In this document: positions 61,244-64,000 of the stretch, piece after piece
Layout: each line of letters starts with the position of its first letter
Position numbering within the stretch: the first letter of the stretch is position 1
Assembly (NCBI RefSeq): GCF_036321535.1
Contig: NC_087437.1
Coordinates: 82,834,001 to 82,898,000 of the forward strand
Reading direction: 5' to 3'
DNA: 64,000 nucleotides
Source of the DNA: Camelus dromedarius
Lineage: Eukaryota
Program-made: the position numbers and the translations under genes
Notes under the pieces: model-generated
Told to the model about the DNA's origin: nothing
What the model saw: the letters and a program-made list of their open reading frames with translations, nothing else
The model's database searches: none

Positions 61244-62230
61244 CTAGAAAACAAATGGAGCATTATGAATAAAAGCAATCATGACTTCTGAGACACACAG
61301 TAAGCCACCTTATCCGCTCCCCTCCCCCAAACCCACTTCAAACTGGTATGGCCACCTGTGATTCACTCTTTGGTGACAATTCATACTACAACTGCCATCT
61401 GCCAGCACCATGTAACATGCACACTCAAAATAGCAAATGCTCTAAGAATACTTTCCAAAAACACCAGATAAATAAGGTGCTTAATCTGAAAACAATTATA
61501 AAAAAGTAACCAAAATTAACCATATCTGATGACTCTGAAACTAACATTGGTATAGAAATCAATATTCTGCAAGTTTAAACCTATTAGATTATCAAATTCT
61601 CTACAATATATTTTAAACACACACATACGCAGGATCAACTGAATAAGAAAATCTAACTGGGGCTCGTTAGCTCTTAGGCTTTTAGAGTCAATCAAAAATC
61701 TAGAATGTAAAGCTGGGTAAAGCAAATTAGTTGTTAACAAGCAGAGGGAAAAAGTGTTTCATCATTAGTAAACAGTAAATTTAGCAGAAATTTATCCTAC
61801 GATTAAATGAAAAGACTGATCAAGGGCATAAAACTTGCAGATGAAATTAAAGTAAAACTCATAGCTGAAGAGGTGAAATGAAAGACAGAGAAAGAGTTAA
61901 CCCACAGGGTTGTCCTGCTAATTCTAAATTGGAATAAAGTAAGGCATTGGAACTTGTGAATCATATATGGTGGCAAAAGAAAAGTAAAAAGCAATTTCTC
62001 AACAACAACAAAAAATTCTACCTTTTTTATTCTTTTATTCCACACTGCTTCAAAAGGGGTGGGGATTTATATATTAAAATTTAATTCCTTTTCATCCAAT
62101 CCCAAAATTATATCCTTTAGGAATCATTATTAAGTGGAAAGATCCAAAGGCCTTAAAATTATATGAACATATGGTTCACATCAAACACCACTCATATTTA
62201 ATAGGGCAGGGTAAGAATAATATTACTGAC

Positions 62231-62334
62231 CTGATGTTCTTATCCCATAGGGCAAATCAAATTTATCGCTACCATAGAAGGAAGCAATATTTTTAAAATC
62301 AGCTGCACACAGAAAAGGGTGAAACTGATGAAAC
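62231..62334 (-). CDS. ST3GAL6: ST3GAL6 exon (stem region); upstream exons lie beyond the window
   Basis: ttccag|G...TCAG|gtcagt, 104 nt; [34 protein letters not shown]. Confidence 0.95.
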
Positions 62335-63799
62335 CTGGAAGAAAAGGATAAAGAATGATTTTCTCAAATGCATATAATATTTGAAGGTTTTTAAAATCAC
62401 AACTGAAAATAACTGCAGTAGGTCATTCATATTATTACATTGACTATATACGAACACAGAATTATTTTTAAGATTCTTTAAAAATCATCTTAAACACTAT
62501 TTAAATATTGCCTAGAGTCGGATACACAATGGAACTGCACACCCAGACACACTTTCCAGGCGTGGATCCAAAATTATGTAACAGCTTCGGGGCTGGTGAT
62601 AGGGGGTGGGGGTGGGGGGGGCACCAAATTTAAAAACAAGACACCACCAAGTACAGCCCCATACAGGAAGAAAGAAAGGAAGTAATAAGGGACAATAAAA
62701 GTAGTGATGCTCGTCCACCCCCAAAGGAAAAGATGCCCTAGGTATAAAGCTGTTGTCCCCTGTGAAAATAAAGACACTAACAGTTAGATGTAGCTGGAAC
62801 CAAACTCTTTCCTAATGTCATTAAATTAAAATCTGCTCAAGAACAAGAACTATGGGTATCTGTCTCCTTACTGCCTGCCCTGTCCCTCTCGCTCCCCGTC
62901 AGGTACCCTCTCAGACGAAAGAGAGACCGTGACGAGGCGCCTGTTTTTTCTCACTTTTAGCTCCTGGCCCAGAGCAGGCAGACAACGTACGTTTGATAGA
63001 TGATAAATGATTGAATGAACGTCAATTTCAAATTAATTCTTAATGGGACCATTATGAAGTAGAAAGAAATAAAAAAAAAATTGTTTTAATTAAAGAGAAG
63101 GAATAGGTCAAGCACATATTAAGACGCTATCCTCACCTACCAGCAGGACTAGGTACTGCAAACCCTCACCCCAACCCCCTCACATGGCCGATCTTTCCTG
63201 CCTTACCAGTTTTGCTCTTTTTTGGTATAAAAACTGCTGGTAAAGATCAGAGTGCCCCTGGGGTTTGCATGACAAAATGGAAATAAACAGCAGCGTACTA
63301 GGGGCGAATTAGCTTCAGTTCTATCTTGGCTTTGCTACTCAGGAGCCACTAAGGAGCTCAAGATTTCAGAGCCGAGCAAGAATTCACACCATATTCAGAC
63401 TAAGCAAAGAGGTGAGAGACCAGTCTTTCCTACACAGTGAGTAGGCTGTGTGTCCCAGATTCAGTTGTGCCACATAATAGCAGCCTTGGGGAGGGTCCAG
63501 CCAACCCTGAAAGGTCATTTTCTGTGTCAGGGTTGATCCCTAAATTTAGGATCTGCTCTGGGAAGAGGAAGTGTCAGGTCACCTGACTTAAGATTGAGAG
63601 GAGACTCAAGATCTTCCCAGGCTTCCTTGGGAAAGTAAAACATGACGACTTTGCACATTGAGGTGAAGGCAATGACAGTCTCTAATCTTTGGGCGGGGGG
63701 CAGTGAAAATGATGGTGACAAATGGTTAATGTCTATTCCAGTCAGACCTTGCCCTAGGTGACTTACATTTTATTTCTAAATGCAACCATTGTTAAGCAC

Positions 63800-64000
63800 T
63801 GTGGACAAAGAATGCTGCCTGCCATCTCAGTAAACAAAGAATGCTGTGGCCAGCAAGCCTTCAGCCACTGCAGCCACCCTGACTGTGTACCCTGGGGGGA
63901 GTGCAGGAGGGGGAAAAACAGGATGCTGACCCTAGATAGTTAAGATACACATCAAAGGAATAATTTCAATGAGTCCAGACTCTCACATCTTCCCATACAC
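63800..64000 (+). mobile_element. MER41-like LTR, 5' part, runs off the window end
   Basis: tgtggacaaag...cctgccatctcagtaa...aaaaacaggatgctgaccctagatagttaagatacacatc aligns to the reverse complement of 28240-28450. Confidence 0.75.

Noticed and set aside
62400..64000. Next upstream ST3GAL6 exon (..VEMKRRNKIQPCLSKPAFASLLR)
   Set aside because: Not found by eye in this interval; presumably beyond the window end, so not evidence of exon loss.
1..64000. Prokaryotic-type systems (CRISPR arrays, operons, defence islands) or foreign DNA insert
   Set aside because: No regularly spaced repeats, long intronless genes or compositional break; the window is explained by spliced mammalian genes and mammalian repeats.

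Overview
Mammalian (eutherian) genomic DNA, very probably a camelid, because two SINEs match the camelid Vic-1 type as I recall it. Two genes lie tail-to-tail. On the + strand are the last 14 coding exons of DCBLD2 (exons 3-16 by human numbering: CUB end, LCCL, FA58C/discoidin, Pro/Thr stalk, transmembrane helix, YxxP tail), from 2846 to the stop at 36106, then a ~3.3-kb 3'UTR to AATAAA at 39397. On the - strand are the last seven coding exons of ST3GAL6 (62334 down to the stop at 41049, sialylmotifs L, S, III and VS intact). The 5' ends of both genes lie outside the window. All exons were joined by hand through GT-AG sites with consistent phase. The rest is intronic DNA rich in L1, L2, MIR, hAT/MER, MaLR and ERV1-type LTR relics. 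I see no convincing new biological system. The best unexplained observations are: a heavily decayed RPL14 retrocopy in DCBLD2 intron 3, apparently split by an old L1; a SINE-head/L1-tail chimera under one target-site duplication (TSD); tandem CTCF motifs beside a 50-nt exon; an ancient tandem duplication of exons 11/12; a splice donor rebuilt at the exon 4/5 junction; a compact C/EBP + AP-1 + PU.1 motif cluster in ST3GAL6; and an unexpectedly long ORF in the DCBLD2 3'UTR. Gene and repeat family names come from recalled sequences, not database searches, and repeat boundaries are approximate.
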